Origin: a bacterium
GTDB taxonomy: Bacteria; Patescibacteriota; CPR2; UBA1875; JAJYID01
Assembly (NCBI GenBank): GCA_021790235.1
Contig: JAJYID010000001.1
Coordinates: forward strand, 107,228 to 171,227
Direction of reading: 5' to 3'
DNA: 64,000 bases
Under the pieces are notes generated by a model that ran no database searches, had not been told where the DNA came from, and was given only the letters and a program-made list of their open reading frames with translations. The translations under genes and the position numbers were made by a program. Below are positions 9,167-19,345 of this stretch, one piece after another; positions within the stretch are counted from its first letter, which is position 1; each line of letters opens with the position of its first letter.

Positions 9167-9832
9167 ATGCAAAAAGAGGGGATTTATTTAATAGACAAGC
9201 CGGCCGAGTGGACGAGTTTCGATGTGGTGGCAAAAATGCGCAGGATTACAGGTGTAAAATCTGTCGGCCATGCCGGAACTCTTGACCCTTTTGCAACAGG
9301 GCTTCTAATCGTATTGGTTGGCAAAGAGTTTACAAAGCGACAGAATGAGTTCATGAAACTGGATAAAGAGTATAATGCAACCCTTAAGCTAGGTTTTGAG
9401 AGTACGACCGGTGACCCGGAAGGCGAAATTACGACAGTTGCCAAGGGACTGTCCCTTGGCAAGCCAGAAGTGGAGGAAGTGTTAAAGAGTTTTGTTGGTG
9501 GAATTGAACAAATACCCCCAGCGCACAGCGCGATTAAAATTAATGGAGAGCGCGCATACAAAAAAGCGCGGAAAGGCCAGGATTTTGAGATGCCGAAAAG
9601 AAGAATCACGATTTACTCCTTAGATTTAATTAGCTACAAGTATCCATTGGTAAAATTTCTTGTCAAATGCTCGAGTGGTACGTATATCCGAACCCTTGGG
9701 GAAGATATTGCGGGAAGTCTGGGGACGAAAGGCTATCTTACAGAACTTAGACGGGAGAAGATTGGCAAATATGATATTGTAAATTCGCGTAAAATTGATG
9801 AAATAGATAAAGCTAAATTAACTTTGCCTTGA
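9167..9832 (+). CDS. truB: tRNA pseudouridine(55) synthase
   Basis: GHAGTLDPFATGLLIVLVG catalytic motif. A tataat box lies 6 nt upstream of the ATG. Confidence 0.9.
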   Translation: MQKEGIYLIDKPAEWTSFDVVAKMRRITGVKSVGHAGTLDPFATGLLIVLVGKEFTKRQNEFMKLDKEYNATLKLGFESTTGDPEGEITTVAKGLSLGKPEVEEVLKSFVGGIEQIPPAHSAIKINGERAYKKARKGQDFEMPKRRITIYSLDLISYKYPLVKFLVKCSSGTYIRTLGEDIAGSLGTKGYLTELRREKIGKYDIVNSRKIDEIDKAKLTLP

Positions 9833-9886
9833 AATGAAAGCTGCTTTCGTGATAGAATAGGATAAATTAAGCAGCGAAAGGAACAT

Positions 9887-10156
9887 ATGGCTTTAAAGAA
9901 AAAAGAAAAGGAAGAGATTATTAAAGGCAGCGAAACTCATGAAGGCGATACCGGTTCTCCGGAAGTTCAGATTGCTATTTTTACCGAAAAGATTAAAAAA
10001 CTTACCGATCATTTGAAGGATCACAAGAAAGATAACCACTCTAGACGAGGACTTCTAAAGATGGTTTCCAAAAGACGAAAACTGCTTGATTATTTGATGA
10101 ATACGAACAAGAAGCGATATAATGAAGTGGTAAAAAAATTAGGATTAAGGAAATAA
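9887..10156 (+). CDS. rpsO: 30S ribosomal protein S15
   Basis: [51 protein letters not shown]. Confidence 0.95.
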   Translation: MALKKKEKEEIIKGSETHEGDTGSPEVQIAIFTEKIKKLTDHLKDHKKDNHSRRGLLKMVSKRRKLLDYLMNTNKKRYNEVVKKLGLRK

Positions 10157-10181
10157 TCCTAATTCAGTATTGAGCGTTGAA

Positions 10182-10208
10182 TGTCATTCTGAATTTGACC
10201 GAAGAATC
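10182..10208 (+). repeat. Hairpin repeat family unit in the rpsO-pnp intergenic region
   Basis: tgtcattctgaatttgaccgaagaatc. Confidence 0.6.
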
Positions 10209-10369
10209 TATATTCAATAAATCTGGCTTCCGAATCTAGCCCAAGTGACAAAAGAAGAACATTAATAAATTAAATTTTGAGAAACCGGAAATTTTAGCCG
10301 GGTAAGAAGAGTGGATTAACATCGGCTCCTTGAACTCGTTTGAAATCTCCATTTCTCAGAAAGGAAAAA

Positions 10370-12469
10370 ATGGAGAAAAAATCTCTAGGAAAAGTGTCTC
10401 ATGAGGTAAAATCAGGAGACAAAAGTTTTAAATTTGAAACAGGTAAATTGAACAAGTTTGCATCAGGCTCGTGTGTGGTTTCATCGGGCGATTCTATCGT
10501 AATGGCGACGGTTGTGGTCTCGGAAGGAGTTAAGGAAGGTATCGACTACTTCCCTCTTTCCGTGGACTTCCAGGATAAATGGTACGCTACCGGTAAAATC
10601 TCCGGTTCCAGATTTGTCAAGCGTGAAGGGCGAGGCTCTGAACTTGGTATTTTGCGTTCACGCATGATTGATCGGCCGATACGGCCGATGTTCCCGAAGG
10701 GCTACATGAATGAGGTACAGGTTATCGTTACTCCCCTTTCGCTTGATTTGGAAATAGATCCGGTTGTCTTGGGTATGAATGCAGCCTCAGTTTCTCTAAT
10801 GCTTACAGGCGCGCCTTTTGAAGGTCCAATAAGTGCGGCAAGGGTTGGCCGGATTGACGGAAAACTCAAATTAAACCCAAGCTACGAAGAAATGGAAAAA
10901 TCAGATTTTGATATCTTGGTCGCCGGTACGAAAGAAGCCATCACTATGATAGAGGGCGGTGGAGATCAAGTTTCTGAAGACATTGTGGCCGAAGCACTTG
11001 AGTTTGCCCACAAAGGTATGCAGCCATTGATCGAAGCGCAGGAGAAACTCATCAAAGAAATGAAAGTCGAAGAGCAAAAGTATGAACTGAATAAGCCTCA
11101 GGAAGGCGCCTATTTAGCCATCACTAAATATTTAGAAGACAAGCTTGGAGAAGCTATCCGTCATCAGGATAAAATGGCTCGAAACTTAATTATCAACGAA
11201 CTTGAGGATGTGGTCCATGAGCAGTTTAAGGAAGAGTTTGAAGAAGAGGAAATCTCTCTGGTGTTTGACAAGGTTATCAAGGAAGAAGTGAGAAAAGTTA
11301 TACTCGAAGAAGGCATTCGCCCGGATCATCGCAAAATGGATGAGGTTAGGGCGCTGTTTGCTGAAGTTGGGCTCTTGCCGAGAACTCACGGTTCAGGCCT
11401 TTTCACTCGTGGCGAAACTCAGATTCTTTCCATTACCACTCTCGCCTCTCCGTCTAAAGCGCAAATGATAGATTCGATGGATCAGGATTTCAACAAGCGT
11501 TATATTCACCATTATGTTGATACCGGCGCTTCATACGGTGATATCAAGCGTCTCGGGCCCGGCAGACGGGCCATCGGTCACGGCTTTTTGGCTGAAAAGG
11601 CTCTTGAACCGGTGCTGCCTAAAGAAACAGATTTTCCCTACACTATTCGCGTCGTTTCTGAAATTTTGTCCGAAAACGGTTCCTCATCAATGGGTTCAGT
11701 CTGCGGATCATCACTCGCTTTAATGGATGCCGGTGTGCCGATCAAAGCAGCCGTTGCCGGTGTTGCCATGGGTCTTATGACCGAGGGTGGCGATCTAAGC
11801 AAAAAATACGTTATCTTGACCGACATTCAAGGCGCGGAGGACTTTGCCGGCGATATGGACTTCAAGCTTGCCGGAACAAGAAGCGGTATGACCGCCATTC
11901 AAATGGATATCAAGGTCAAAGGCCTCACCCATGCGTTTTTGGTTGAGGTTATAAAGCGCGCCAAAGACGCCAGGCTTCAGATTTTAGACGCCATGGATAA
12001 AGCCATTTCCGAACCAAGGGGCGAACTCTCTGGTTACGCGCCGAGGCTGACCACATTGCATATCAACCCTGAAAAAATCCGCGATGTTATCGGAAAAGGC
12101 GGTGAAATGATTAATAAGATTATTGCCGAGTGCAATGTCGAGATTGATATCGATGACGACGGAAATGTGGTCATTGCTGCCGTAAACGGTGAAAACGCCC
12201 AGAAAGCGATCGATTGGATCAAGTCTATCACAGCCGAGCCGGAAATCGGCAAGGGTTACAAAGGCAAAGTGGTCAAAATCATGGATTTTGGCGCCTTTGT
12301 TGAGTTCATGCCGGGCAAAGAAGGCCTGGTTCACATTTCGCAGATTTCTGAGGAGAGAGTGAATAAAGTGACGGATGTTTTGAAAGAAGGTCAGGAAGTA
12401 GACGTCAAGCTCGTCGAAATCGATTCACAAGGACGCAACAACCTCTCCATGAAAGCAGTAAAAAAATAA
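10370..12469 (+). CDS. pnp: Polyribonucleotide nucleotidyltransferase (PNPase)
   Basis: Two RNase PH domains plus KH (IGKGGEMINKI) and S1 (GKVVKIMDFGAFVEF). Start chosen at MEKKSLGK after the SD (aaagga). Confidence 0.95.
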   Translation: MEKKSLGKVSHEVKSGDKSFKFETGKLNKFASGSCVVSSGDSIVMATVVVSEGVKEGIDYFPLSVDFQDKWYATGKISGSRFVKREGRGSELGILRSRMIDRPIRPMFPKGYMNEVQVIVTPLSLDLEIDPVVLGMNAASVSLMLTGAPFEGPISAARVGRIDGKLKLNPSYEEMEKSDFDILVAGTKEAITMIEGGGDQVSEDIVAEALEFAHKGMQPLIEAQEKLIKEMKVEEQKYELNKPQEGAYLAITKYLEDKLGEAIRHQDKMARNLIINELEDVVHEQFKEEFEEEEISLVFDKVIKEEVRKVILEEGIRPDHRKMDEVRALFAEVGLLPRTHGSGLFTRGETQILSITTLASPSKAQMIDSMDQDFNKRYIHHYVDTGASYGDIKRLGPGRRAIGHGFLAEKALEPVLPKETDFPYTIRVVSEILSENGSSSMGSVCGSSLALMDAGVPIKAAVAGVAMGLMTEGGDLSKKYVILTDIQGAEDFAGDMDFKLAGTRSGMTAIQMDIKVKGLTHAFLVEVIKRAKDARLQILDAMDKAISEPRGELSGYAPRLTTLHINPEKIRDVIGKGGEMINKIIAECNVEIDIDDDGNVVIAAVNGENAQKAIDWIKSITAEPEIGKGYKGKVVKIMDFGAFVEFMPGKEGLVHISQISEERVNKVTDVLKEGQEVDVKLVEIDSQGRNNLSMKAVKK

Positions 12470-12484
12470 AGTTCTAAATAAAAA

Positions 12485-12507
12485 AGGCCTCGAAAGAGGT
12501 CTTTTTT
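12485..12507 (+). terminator. Intrinsic terminator after pnp
   Basis: aggcctc-gaaa-gaggtct followed by tttttt. Confidence 0.75.
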
Positions 12508-12521
12508 GATATAATAGGTTT

Positions 12522-12989
12522 ATGGAGATAAGAAAAGCCAAACTTGAAGATCTGGATAACCTTAAAAAACTGACTTATGATTTTTTAAACAATGAAAAAG
12601 AAAACTTTGAAGATTCTTATGACCCTAGCTATGCTTTAACAGAGGCCTCGTCGAATTTTATAAAAGGCAGGATTGAGGCAGAAAAGGGCTTGGTTCTTGT
12701 TGCCGAAGATGAGGGCAAGCTCATAGGTTTTTTGATAGGATTTATAGGTAAAATACCTGATGCGCGCAAAACTATGAAACCGGCTGTTTTAGATGAGATT
12801 TTTATTGAAAAAGAATATCGTCGCCAAAAAATAGGGAGGGAAATGCTAGCTGAGTTTCAAAAGTGGGCCAAAAGGCAAGGAGCAAATAAACTGCGAGTTT
12901 CTGCATCCACTAAGAATAATGCAGCGCTCCAAGCCTATAAAAACTTTGGATTTTCTGATTTCACCCTAAAACTAGAGAAGGATATATGA
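12522..12989 (+). CDS. GNAT family N-acetyltransferase
   Basis: RRQKIGREMLAEFQKWAKRQGANKLRV is an acetyl-CoA-binding motif region. A tataat box lies 6 nt upstream of the ATG. Confidence 0.8.
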   Translation: MEIRKAKLEDLDNLKKLTYDFLNNEKENFEDSYDPSYALTEASSNFIKGRIEAEKGLVLVAEDEGKLIGFLIGFIGKIPDARKTMKPAVLDEIFIEKEYRRQKIGREMLAEFQKWAKRQGANKLRVSASTKNNAALQAYKNFGFSDFTLKLEKDI

Positions 12990-13471
12990 AGGTAGCAGTA
13001 TTTAGTGATGTGCATGACAACTTAGCGCGCTGGCGAGAAGCGGCGAAAATTATTGCCGAGGAAAACATCAAAATCGGATTTTGCTGCGGAGATATCGGTG
13101 ATTTAAACACAGTCGAGGAAATTGCCAAATCATTTGAAACACTTTATTTGGCTCTCGGAAACCTGGATTTTAAGATCAAGAACTCAACCGGCCTTTTCCC
13201 AAAAAATGTGGTTTTCGCTCCGGATTTCGGTGAAGTTGTGCTTGATGAGCGTAAAATTGCTTATGTTCACAACAATCGCACGGTGAAGCAACTGGCTGAA
13301 AGCGGCAGATATGACATTGTATTCTACGGCCACACCCATACGCCCTGGGAAGAAAAAACCGGAAATACTCTCATGATTAACCCCGGCGAAGTTGCCGGCC
13401 AGTTCGGCCGCGCCAGTTTCGCACTTTTTGATCTAAAAACAATGAAGCCTGAACTAAAAATCTTAAAATAA
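12986..13471 (+). CDS. YfcE/MJ0936-type metallophosphoesterase
   Basis: MKVAVFSDVHDN, GDIGD and YGHTHTPW motifs. Confidence 0.8.
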   Translation: MKVAVFSDVHDNLARWREAAKIIAEENIKIGFCCGDIGDLNTVEEIAKSFETLYLALGNLDFKIKNSTGLFPKNVVFAPDFGEVVLDERKIAYVHNNRTVKQLAESGRYDIVFYGHTHTPWEEKTGNTLMINPGEVAGQFGRASFALFDLKTMKPELKILK

Positions 13472-13593
13472 TCTCTAAGGATTCGTTGAAAAACTATCTC
13501 AAACTTTTGCTGTCGCACAAGTTTGAGAATTTGTGTGTGCTGATCTCTAACTACCCAGTCATATAATTATCTAACTTATGCTAAAATAAGTTT

Positions 13594-13914
13594 ATGGGAA
13601 ACACAGAACAATCTATGCAAATGAACCAAGAGGATGGATCATTTTTTCAAAGACCTCAACTAAGAGCTGTTGAAGGAAATATGGCTAGTCTGACCGAACA
13701 AGAAGAAAGAATTTCTAACATACTAGATGAACTCAAGGAGATTAATCCGGAGTATGCTGAAATAATGCGTAAATGCTATTTGGGCATCGCTGACTTAGTT
13801 CCAGAGTGTATAAAGGGTTATGCAGATGAGCTAAATCAAGAAGAGCAACAACATCTCAAGGAAGGAATACTGAAAAAAGCAGAAGAGATTTTGGCTGGAT
13901 CGAGGTATATTTAG
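13594..13914 (+). CDS. Hypothetical acidic protein (106 aa)
   Basis: ORF only, supported by an extended -10 (tgctaaaat) 6 nt upstream of the ATG. No recognisable domain. Confidence 0.4.
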   Translation: MGNTEQSMQMNQEDGSFFQRPQLRAVEGNMASLTEQEERISNILDELKEINPEYAEIMRKCYLGIADLVPECIKGYADELNQEEQQHLKEGILKKAEEILAGSRYI

Positions 13915-13958
13915 AATCATCTTGTGAGGGTCCAGTAGCATATCCCGACGCATCTTCA

Positions 13959-14087
13959 TCAATCTTTTATGGCTTTCTTTTTCCGGTGTTTATAAGCACG
14001 AACGGATTTGCTGGCGTGGCCGCTTTCAAACTGAGTTTTGAGTTCATCAACGTATTTAATAATAAACTCTTCACTTTTTGCTGTCAT
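13959..14087 (-). CDS. Hypothetical small basic protein (42 aa, MTAKSEEFIIKYVDELKTQFESGHASKSVRAYKHRKKKAIKD)
   Basis: My own translation of the minus strand. It is convergent with 13594..13914 and lies downstream of the left inverted-repeat unit. Confidence 0.25.
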   Translation of the reverse strand: MTAKSEEFIIKYVDELKTQFESGHASKSVRAYKHRKKKAIKD

Positions 14088-14203
14088 ATTAAGCATATTT
14101 TACTTCTATTTGGTGTTAAAGACAAGGTGGGCAGTTGTTGGTGGTTTTCTTTTTCTAGGGCTTTATAGATTGAATCTGAGACTAAGAGTATGAACGTATT
14201 AAC

Positions 14204-14279
14204 ATATAAATATTAGCGTAGTGATTTTTTAAAAATTAAGCACAAATTTAACAAAAAGTAGTGTCAGTAGGCTGACACT
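14204..14279 (-). repeat. Left copy of an approximately 78-bp inverted repeat (hairpin agtgtcag-tagg-ctgacact plus conserved 27-mer)
   Basis: The reverse complement of 14204-14230 (aaaaaatcactacgctaatatttatat) matches 20355-20381 at 25 of 27 positions. The hairpin at 14260-14279 matches 20302-20329. Confidence 0.65.
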
Positions 14280-14351
14280 CAATAATACCTTTTTATAATC
14301 TTAAGTTTCAGTACTTTGGTGTGTCAAATATATAATCACCAGAAATAATTA

Positions 14352-14380
14352 TTGACATTTGTCCTCTTATTTGCTATACT
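14352..14380 (+). promoter_or_regulatory. Sigma70-like promoter (TTGACA-17-TATACT) upstream of udg
   Basis: ttgaca at 14352-14357, a 17-nt spacer, then tatact at 14375-14380. Confidence 0.65.
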
Positions 14381-14414
14381 TGTGCCAACGTTTAGAAGTT
14401 CTCTAACCTAAAAG

Positions 14415-15104
14415 ATGCAAATAACTGAGGAAAATATTGCAAATGCTGAGGATTTGTCAGCGATCAATGAGCTCGTTTCAAAGTGTGAGTGTTGTGTCCT
14501 GCATGAGACAAAGACCAAGGATGTGCCGGGTGTCGGAAATGAGCATGCCGAGGTGATGTTTATCGGTGAAGCGCCCGGAAAAGATGAGGACTTGCAAGGC
14601 GAACCGTTTGTCGGTCGAGCTGGGCAGCTTCTAACGGGATTAATTCAAGGATTAGGTTGGGAGCGAAAAGATGCTTATATTGCAAATATTTTAAAACATC
14701 GGCCGCCGAACAACCGTGATCCCAAGCCGGAAGAGGCTGAAGCTTGCTGGCCGTATTTAAAGAGACAGATTCAACTAATCGATCCCAAACTAATCGTATT
14801 TTTAGGCCGACATGCCATGAACCGATTTTTTCCGACATTACAGATATCAAAGGTTCACGGAAATGCATTTCGAAAGGAGTTACATTTTGAAGGACTGGAT
14901 TCCCGCCTCCGCGGGAATGGCAAAGGAGGCCGAAAACAAGTATTTTTAGCCTTGTATCATCCGGCAGTAGCGCTGTATAACGGCTCAATGAAAGAAACAT
15001 TGCAAACCGATTTCAATAAAATTCCCAAGATACTCGCGAAAATTGACGAAGAAAATGACCTTCAAAATGACAAGAGGGAAAATAAGCAGACAAAATTATT
15101 TTGA
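14415..15104 (+). CDS. Uracil-DNA glycosylase, family 4, carrying an in-frame repeat-derived insertion
   Basis: [23 protein letters not shown] and YHPAVALYN motifs, with a Cys cluster CECCVLH near the N-terminus. Confidence 0.85.
   Translation: MQITEENIANAEDLSAINELVSKCECCVLHETKTKDVPGVGNEHAEVMFIGEAPGKDEDLQGEPFVGRAGQLLTGLIQGLGWERKDAYIANILKHRPPNNRDPKPEEAEACWPYLKRQIQLIDPKLIVFLGRHAMNRFFPTLQISKVHGNAFRKELHFEGLDSRLRGNGKGGRKQVFLALYHPAVALYNGSMKETLQTDFNKIPKILAKIDEENDLQNDKRENKQTKLF
14864..14922. repeat. Hairpin repeat family element inside the udg coding sequence
   Basis: tgcatttcgaaagg...ggattcccgcctccgcgggaatggca, with the perfect palindrome attcccgc/gcgggaat at 14899-14918. It encodes [19 protein letters not shown]. 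Confidence 0.55.
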
Positions 15105-15269
15105 TAATCATAGAGACTGGTTGTTGCTTGTCGTGGCTAATAGGTGCTAATTGTTTTAATGCAATTAGCAACCATAAGCTCCAATAAGTCACTTATAATT
15201 TAATACCAAATATTACTAACGAACTCTAATATCCGTATTTACGGAAGAAAAAGGAGGAAAATTAACAAA

Positions 15270-17072
15270 ATGAACGTGCAAACTAAACTTAAAAAACCGA
15301 AAAGAAAGATGCCGACAGCTCATGATATTGCCATAAAACAAAAAAATATCAAGACGACAAACGAGAGTGTCATACAAAGTTCTCACCAGACAACAACAGG
15401 AAAGGGAGTTTTGAAGATTATCCCTCTCGGCGGTGTTGGTGAGATTGGTAAAAACTTGACCGTCTATGAATACGATAATGACATTATCATCATCGATATG
15501 GGTTTTATATTCCCTGATAGCGATATGCTAGGAGTGGATTACCTTATTCCCGATGTTTCCTATTTACAAGATAAAAAGGATAAAATAAGAGGTGTTTTAA
15601 TCACTCATGGTCATGAAGACCATATTGGAGGTATTCCTTATATTATGCCTCAAATCAGCGCTCCGATTTATGCTCCAAAGCTGACTTGCGGACTGATTGA
15701 AGCAAAACTGGAAGAACACCCTCAGGCAAGAGGAGTAAAACTTAATGTAATTGATCCGGACAAGGACAAGATCAAGCTTGGCGCCTTTGAAATCGAATGG
15801 TTTCGCGTAGCGCACTCGATACCGGATGCTGTCGGAATTGTGCTAAAAACTCCGACCACGGGTCGAGTTATCTATACCGGAGATTTTCGTTTCGACCATT
15901 CCCCAGTGGATGGGCGGAAAACTGATATTGCCAAACTCTCCAAACTTGGTGATGAAGGTGTACTTGCCCTTCTTTCGGATAGTACAAATGCTGAGGTGCC
16001 GGGTTTCTCTATAAGTGAGAAAACCATTGCCGGCACATTTGACAGTATTTTTGAAAAAGCTGAAGGGCGTATTATTATCGCCTCATTTGCTTCTCAAATT
16101 AACAGAATCCAAATGGTAATAAATGCCACTCAGAAACATAATCGAAGAATTGCTTTTTCTGGTAGGAGCTTGCTTCGCAATATTGAAGTGGCTGTTCGTC
16201 TCGGATATCTCAAAATTCCGCAAGGCCTTGCTGTCAAAATTCAGGATATTGGCAACCTTCCGGCGAATCGGGTGGTAGTTATGAGTACCGGTTCACAAGG
16301 TGAAGCGATGTCGGCCTTGTCGAGAATGGCTAGAGGTGAACATAAACAGGTGAAGATTGGTAAAGGCGATACAGTGGTGTATTCATCCTCGCCCATTCCG
16401 GGTAATGAATCTGCAATCACTGCTGTCGTCGATGACCTTTTCAGGCGGGGTGCGGAAGTAGTCTTTGATGAGAAAAACGGTTCACGTACTCATGTGTCGG
16501 GTCATCCGGGGCAAGAGGAGTTAAAGCTGATGATGGAGCTGGTGCGTCCGAAATATCTGGTTCCTTGGCATGGTGAAGTTCATCATCTAGTTCATCACGC
16601 TCAGTTGGCGCAAGAGGTTGGTATTCCTAAAGAAAATACACCGATCCTTGATATTGGTGATGTTATGGAAGTGACGAATGACAGAGTGGTGAAAACTGAC
16701 AGGCGAGTCCAGAACGGGGTAGTGCTTGTCGATGGTCTCGGCATCGGCGATGTCGGTGAAATAGTCCTTCGTGATCGTAAAGTGATGGCAACTGAAGGTA
16801 TGTTTGTGGTCATATGTACGGTTGATAAAAAAACGGGCCGACTCTTAACTTCACCGGATATCATTTCCCGCGGATTCATTTACATGCGGGAAAACGAACA
16901 GTTGGTTAATAACGCTCGGAATGAAGTGAAGAAGATGATGGCTAGGCATGATGGCGAATCGCTGCCTGACTGGATGAAAATGAAACTAAAAATCCGCGAT
17001 CATGTCAGCAACTATCTCTATAGCCATACCAAAAGAAGCCCGATGGTTATCTCAGTGATAATAGAGGTGTAA
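15270..17072 (+). CDS. rnj: Ribonuclease J
   Basis: Metallo-beta-lactamase/beta-CASP enzyme with HGHEDHIGG. SD aaaggagg. Confidence 0.9.
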   Translation: MNVQTKLKKPKRKMPTAHDIAIKQKNIKTTNESVIQSSHQTTTGKGVLKIIPLGGVGEIGKNLTVYEYDNDIIIIDMGFIFPDSDMLGVDYLIPDVSYLQDKKDKIRGVLITHGHEDHIGGIPYIMPQISAPIYAPKLTCGLIEAKLEEHPQARGVKLNVIDPDKDKIKLGAFEIEWFRVAHSIPDAVGIVLKTPTTGRVIYTGDFRFDHSPVDGRKTDIAKLSKLGDEGVLALLSDSTNAEVPGFSISEKTIAGTFDSIFEKAEGRIIIASFASQINRIQMVINATQKHNRRIAFSGRSLLRNIEVAVRLGYLKIPQGLAVKIQDIGNLPANRVVVMSTGSQGEAMSALSRMARGEHKQVKIGKGDTVVYSSSPIPGNESAITAVVDDLFRRGAEVVFDEKNGSRTHVSGHPGQEELKLMMELVRPKYLVPWHGEVHHLVHHAQLAQEVGIPKENTPILDIGDVMEVTNDRVVKTDRRVQNGVVLVDGLGIGDVGEIVLRDRKVMATEGMFVVICTVDKKTGRLLTSPDIISRGFIYMRENEQLVNNARNEVKKMMARHDGESLPDWMKMKLKIRDHVSNYLYSHTKRSPMVISVIIEV

Positions 17073-17251
17073 ATTATTTTGTCGTTTTGATTTAATCAGA
17101 ACCCCCGATACAGCTGTTACGGTGATAATATCTTAGTTTTATTCATCTTGTTTTCGCTTTGTCTTCGATAGTCAGTAATATTCAAATGAAGACCAGAAGA
17201 TATAGGATTAAAGGGCTACAAAAGTTAATTTAAATCGGGTATAATGCGTCC

Positions 17252-19345
17252 ATGGCCAGGAAAAGAAAACCGGGTCGGCCCAAAGGATCGACCAGCAAGA
17301 AAAAGAAACAGATCGACACTCCGGAAATAAATCCCAAACTAGTCGGAGAAATAGTTGCTGTAGGACTTTTTATTTTAGCGGTAATCATTCTGGCGGGAGC
17401 TTTTAATTTTGGTGGTGCTTGGGCGATCAAAATTTTTTCTAATTTCAAAGTTGTTTTTGGTTTTGTTACTTATTTGGCACCTTTTATTTTGGTAGGAATA
17501 GGCTACTGCCTTTTCTTTCCGGAGAAGTTTCCGGTAACAAAAATTTCTCTCTCAGGTTTAGCTGCCATGATATTTTCTCTTTCCGGAATGTCTCAAATTC
17601 TTTTTAATACTTGGGGCCAGGCGGAAGGCGGCGGAATGCTCGGATCACTACTTGCTACACAGATTTTAAAAATATTTAACGCCCCTGTATCCTTCCTGAT
17701 TTTCATAGCAATTCTGATTATTGGATTTATGATGGCTACCGGTATAACTATTATGGATATTTTAGGATTGTTTAAAACAAGAAATGATGAAGAAGGTGGT
17801 AAAAAACCGAAGGAAAATATCAAAATTCATGAAGGTGTCGTTGTAAGTAAAGATGTCTTAAGCAAGATCAGAAAGCCAGAACCGCAAAAGGAGCCGGAAA
17901 TGATCATGACGGTAGGAGAAGATGAGGGATGGAAATTACCATCAATAGAACTCCTTGAAGATTCGGTAACTAAGGCCGATAGCGGAAATGTGAAACAAAA
18001 TGCTGCTGTAATCCAGGAAACTCTGAGTAAATTTAATATTGATGTGGTGATGCGCGACGTCAACGTCGGGCCTACAGTAACCCAATATACTTTAAAGCCA
18101 TCTGATGGTATTAAACTTTCAAAAATTACAAATCTTGATCGCGATCTTGCCTTAGCGCTGGCTGCTCATCCTATCAGAATTGAAGCGCCTATTCCCGGTA
18201 AATCTCTCGTCGGAGTAGAAATACCCAATAAAAAAACGGCGACAGTCCGGCTTAAAAATATTTTAACTAGCGAGACATTTAAAAACCGCAGATCAAAACT
18301 TTCTGCGGTACTCGGTCTGGATGTTTCTGGACATCCTCAGATCGCTGATATTACTAAAATGCCTCATTTGCTTATTGCCGGATCAACTGGTTCCGGAAAG
18401 TCGGTTTGTATCAATTCTCTTCTTTTAAGTCTTTTATACCAAAACTCTCCAAATCAGTTGAAGCTTATTTTGGTCGATCCGAAAAGAGTTGAACTCTCTC
18501 TATATAACGATTTACCTCATCTGCTCGCGCCGGTGATTGTGGATCCTGAAAAAACTGTATCTGCCCTTAAGTGGTCGGTAGTCGAAATGGAAAGGCGATA
18601 TCAATTGCTTCAAGCTGCCGGCAAAAGAAATATTTCTGATTACAATGCCATTAAGGGTAAAGAAGGTATGCCATTTATTGTGATTGTGATCGATGAATTA
18701 GCCGATATTATGGCGGTTGCTTCGAAAGAAGTGGAAGGTCTTATCTGTCGTTTAGCTCAAATGGCTAGAGCAGTTGGCATCCATCTGGTTTTGGCAACAC
18801 AAAGGCCGAGTGTCAATGTTATTACCGGACTTATTAAGGCAAATATTACGACTCGAATCGCTTTTTCAGTGGCATCGCTTGTTGACTCTAGAACTATTTT
18901 AGATCAGGCAGGAGCCGAGAAACTGCTCGGAAACGGCGATATGCTTTTTGTCAGCGCAGAGTTTTCAAAGCCTAAGAGAATTCAAGGAACATTTATTTCA
19001 GAGAAAGAAGTAAAAGCAGTTACTGACTTTGTTAAAAGTGAGGCATCTCCGGAATATAATAAGGAAGTGCTTGAACAGAAGGTCGGGGGAACAAAAAGCA
19101 GTGACTTTGACATTCCTGATGATGACCTTTTCCTTGACGCCGTTGACTGTGTAATTCGCTCAAACAAAGCATCGTCGTCGCTGCTTCAACGACGACTTCG
19201 CATTGGTTATGCCAGAGCGGCAAGACTTCTTGATCTGCTTGAAGAAAAAGGTGTAGTCGGACCGCCGGATGGCTCAAGGCCCAGGGATGTGCTAATAAGC
19301 GACATTTCTGAAATTATTGATGAGAAAGAGGAAGTTGAAAACTAA
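17252..19345 (+). CDS. ftsK: DNA translocase FtsK
   Basis: N-terminal transmembrane helices, Walker A LLIAGSTGSGKSV, and a C-terminal gamma domain (LLQRRLRIGYARAARLLDLLEEKGVVG). Confidence 0.92.
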   Translation: MARKRKPGRPKGSTSKKKKQIDTPEINPKLVGEIVAVGLFILAVIILAGAFNFGGAWAIKIFSNFKVVFGFVTYLAPFILVGIGYCLFFPEKFPVTKISLSGLAAMIFSLSGMSQILFNTWGQAEGGGMLGSLLATQILKIFNAPVSFLIFIAILIIGFMMATGITIMDILGLFKTRNDEEGGKKPKENIKIHEGVVVSKDVLSKIRKPEPQKEPEMIMTVGEDEGWKLPSIELLEDSVTKADSGNVKQNAAVIQETLSKFNIDVVMRDVNVGPTVTQYTLKPSDGIKLSKITNLDRDLALALAAHPIRIEAPIPGKSLVGVEIPNKKTATVRLKNILTSETFKNRRSKLSAVLGLDVSGHPQIADITKMPHLLIAGSTGSGKSVCINSLLLSLLYQNSPNQLKLILVDPKRVELSLYNDLPHLLAPVIVDPEKTVSALKWSVVEMERRYQLLQAAGKRNISDYNAIKGKEGMPFIVIVIDELADIMAVASKEVEGLICRLAQMARAVGIHLVLATQRPSVNVITGLIKANITTRIAFSVASLVDSRTILDQAGAEKLLGNGDMLFVSAEFSKPKRIQGTFISEKEVKAVTDFVKSEASPEYNKEVLEQKVGGTKSSDFDIPDDDLFLDAVDCVIRSNKASSSLLQRRLRIGYARAARLLDLLEEKGVVGPPDGSRPRDVLISDISEIIDEKEEVEN

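Noticed and set aside
10141-10160. Inverted repeat aggatta-aggaaa-taatcct spanning the rpsO stop codon, considered as a terminator or attenuator.
   Set aside because: The stem is short and AT-rich with no T-run. pnp is probably co-transcribed with rpsO, as in other bacteria, so there is not enough evidence to call a regulatory element.
13986-14168. 60-aa plus-strand ORF (13986..14168) and the 63-aa ORF at 51384..51575.
   Set aside because: Both have hydrophobic or odd composition with no SD or promoter. The first overlaps a more plausible minus-strand small ORF. The second overlaps the yebC promoter/leader and the yebC start.
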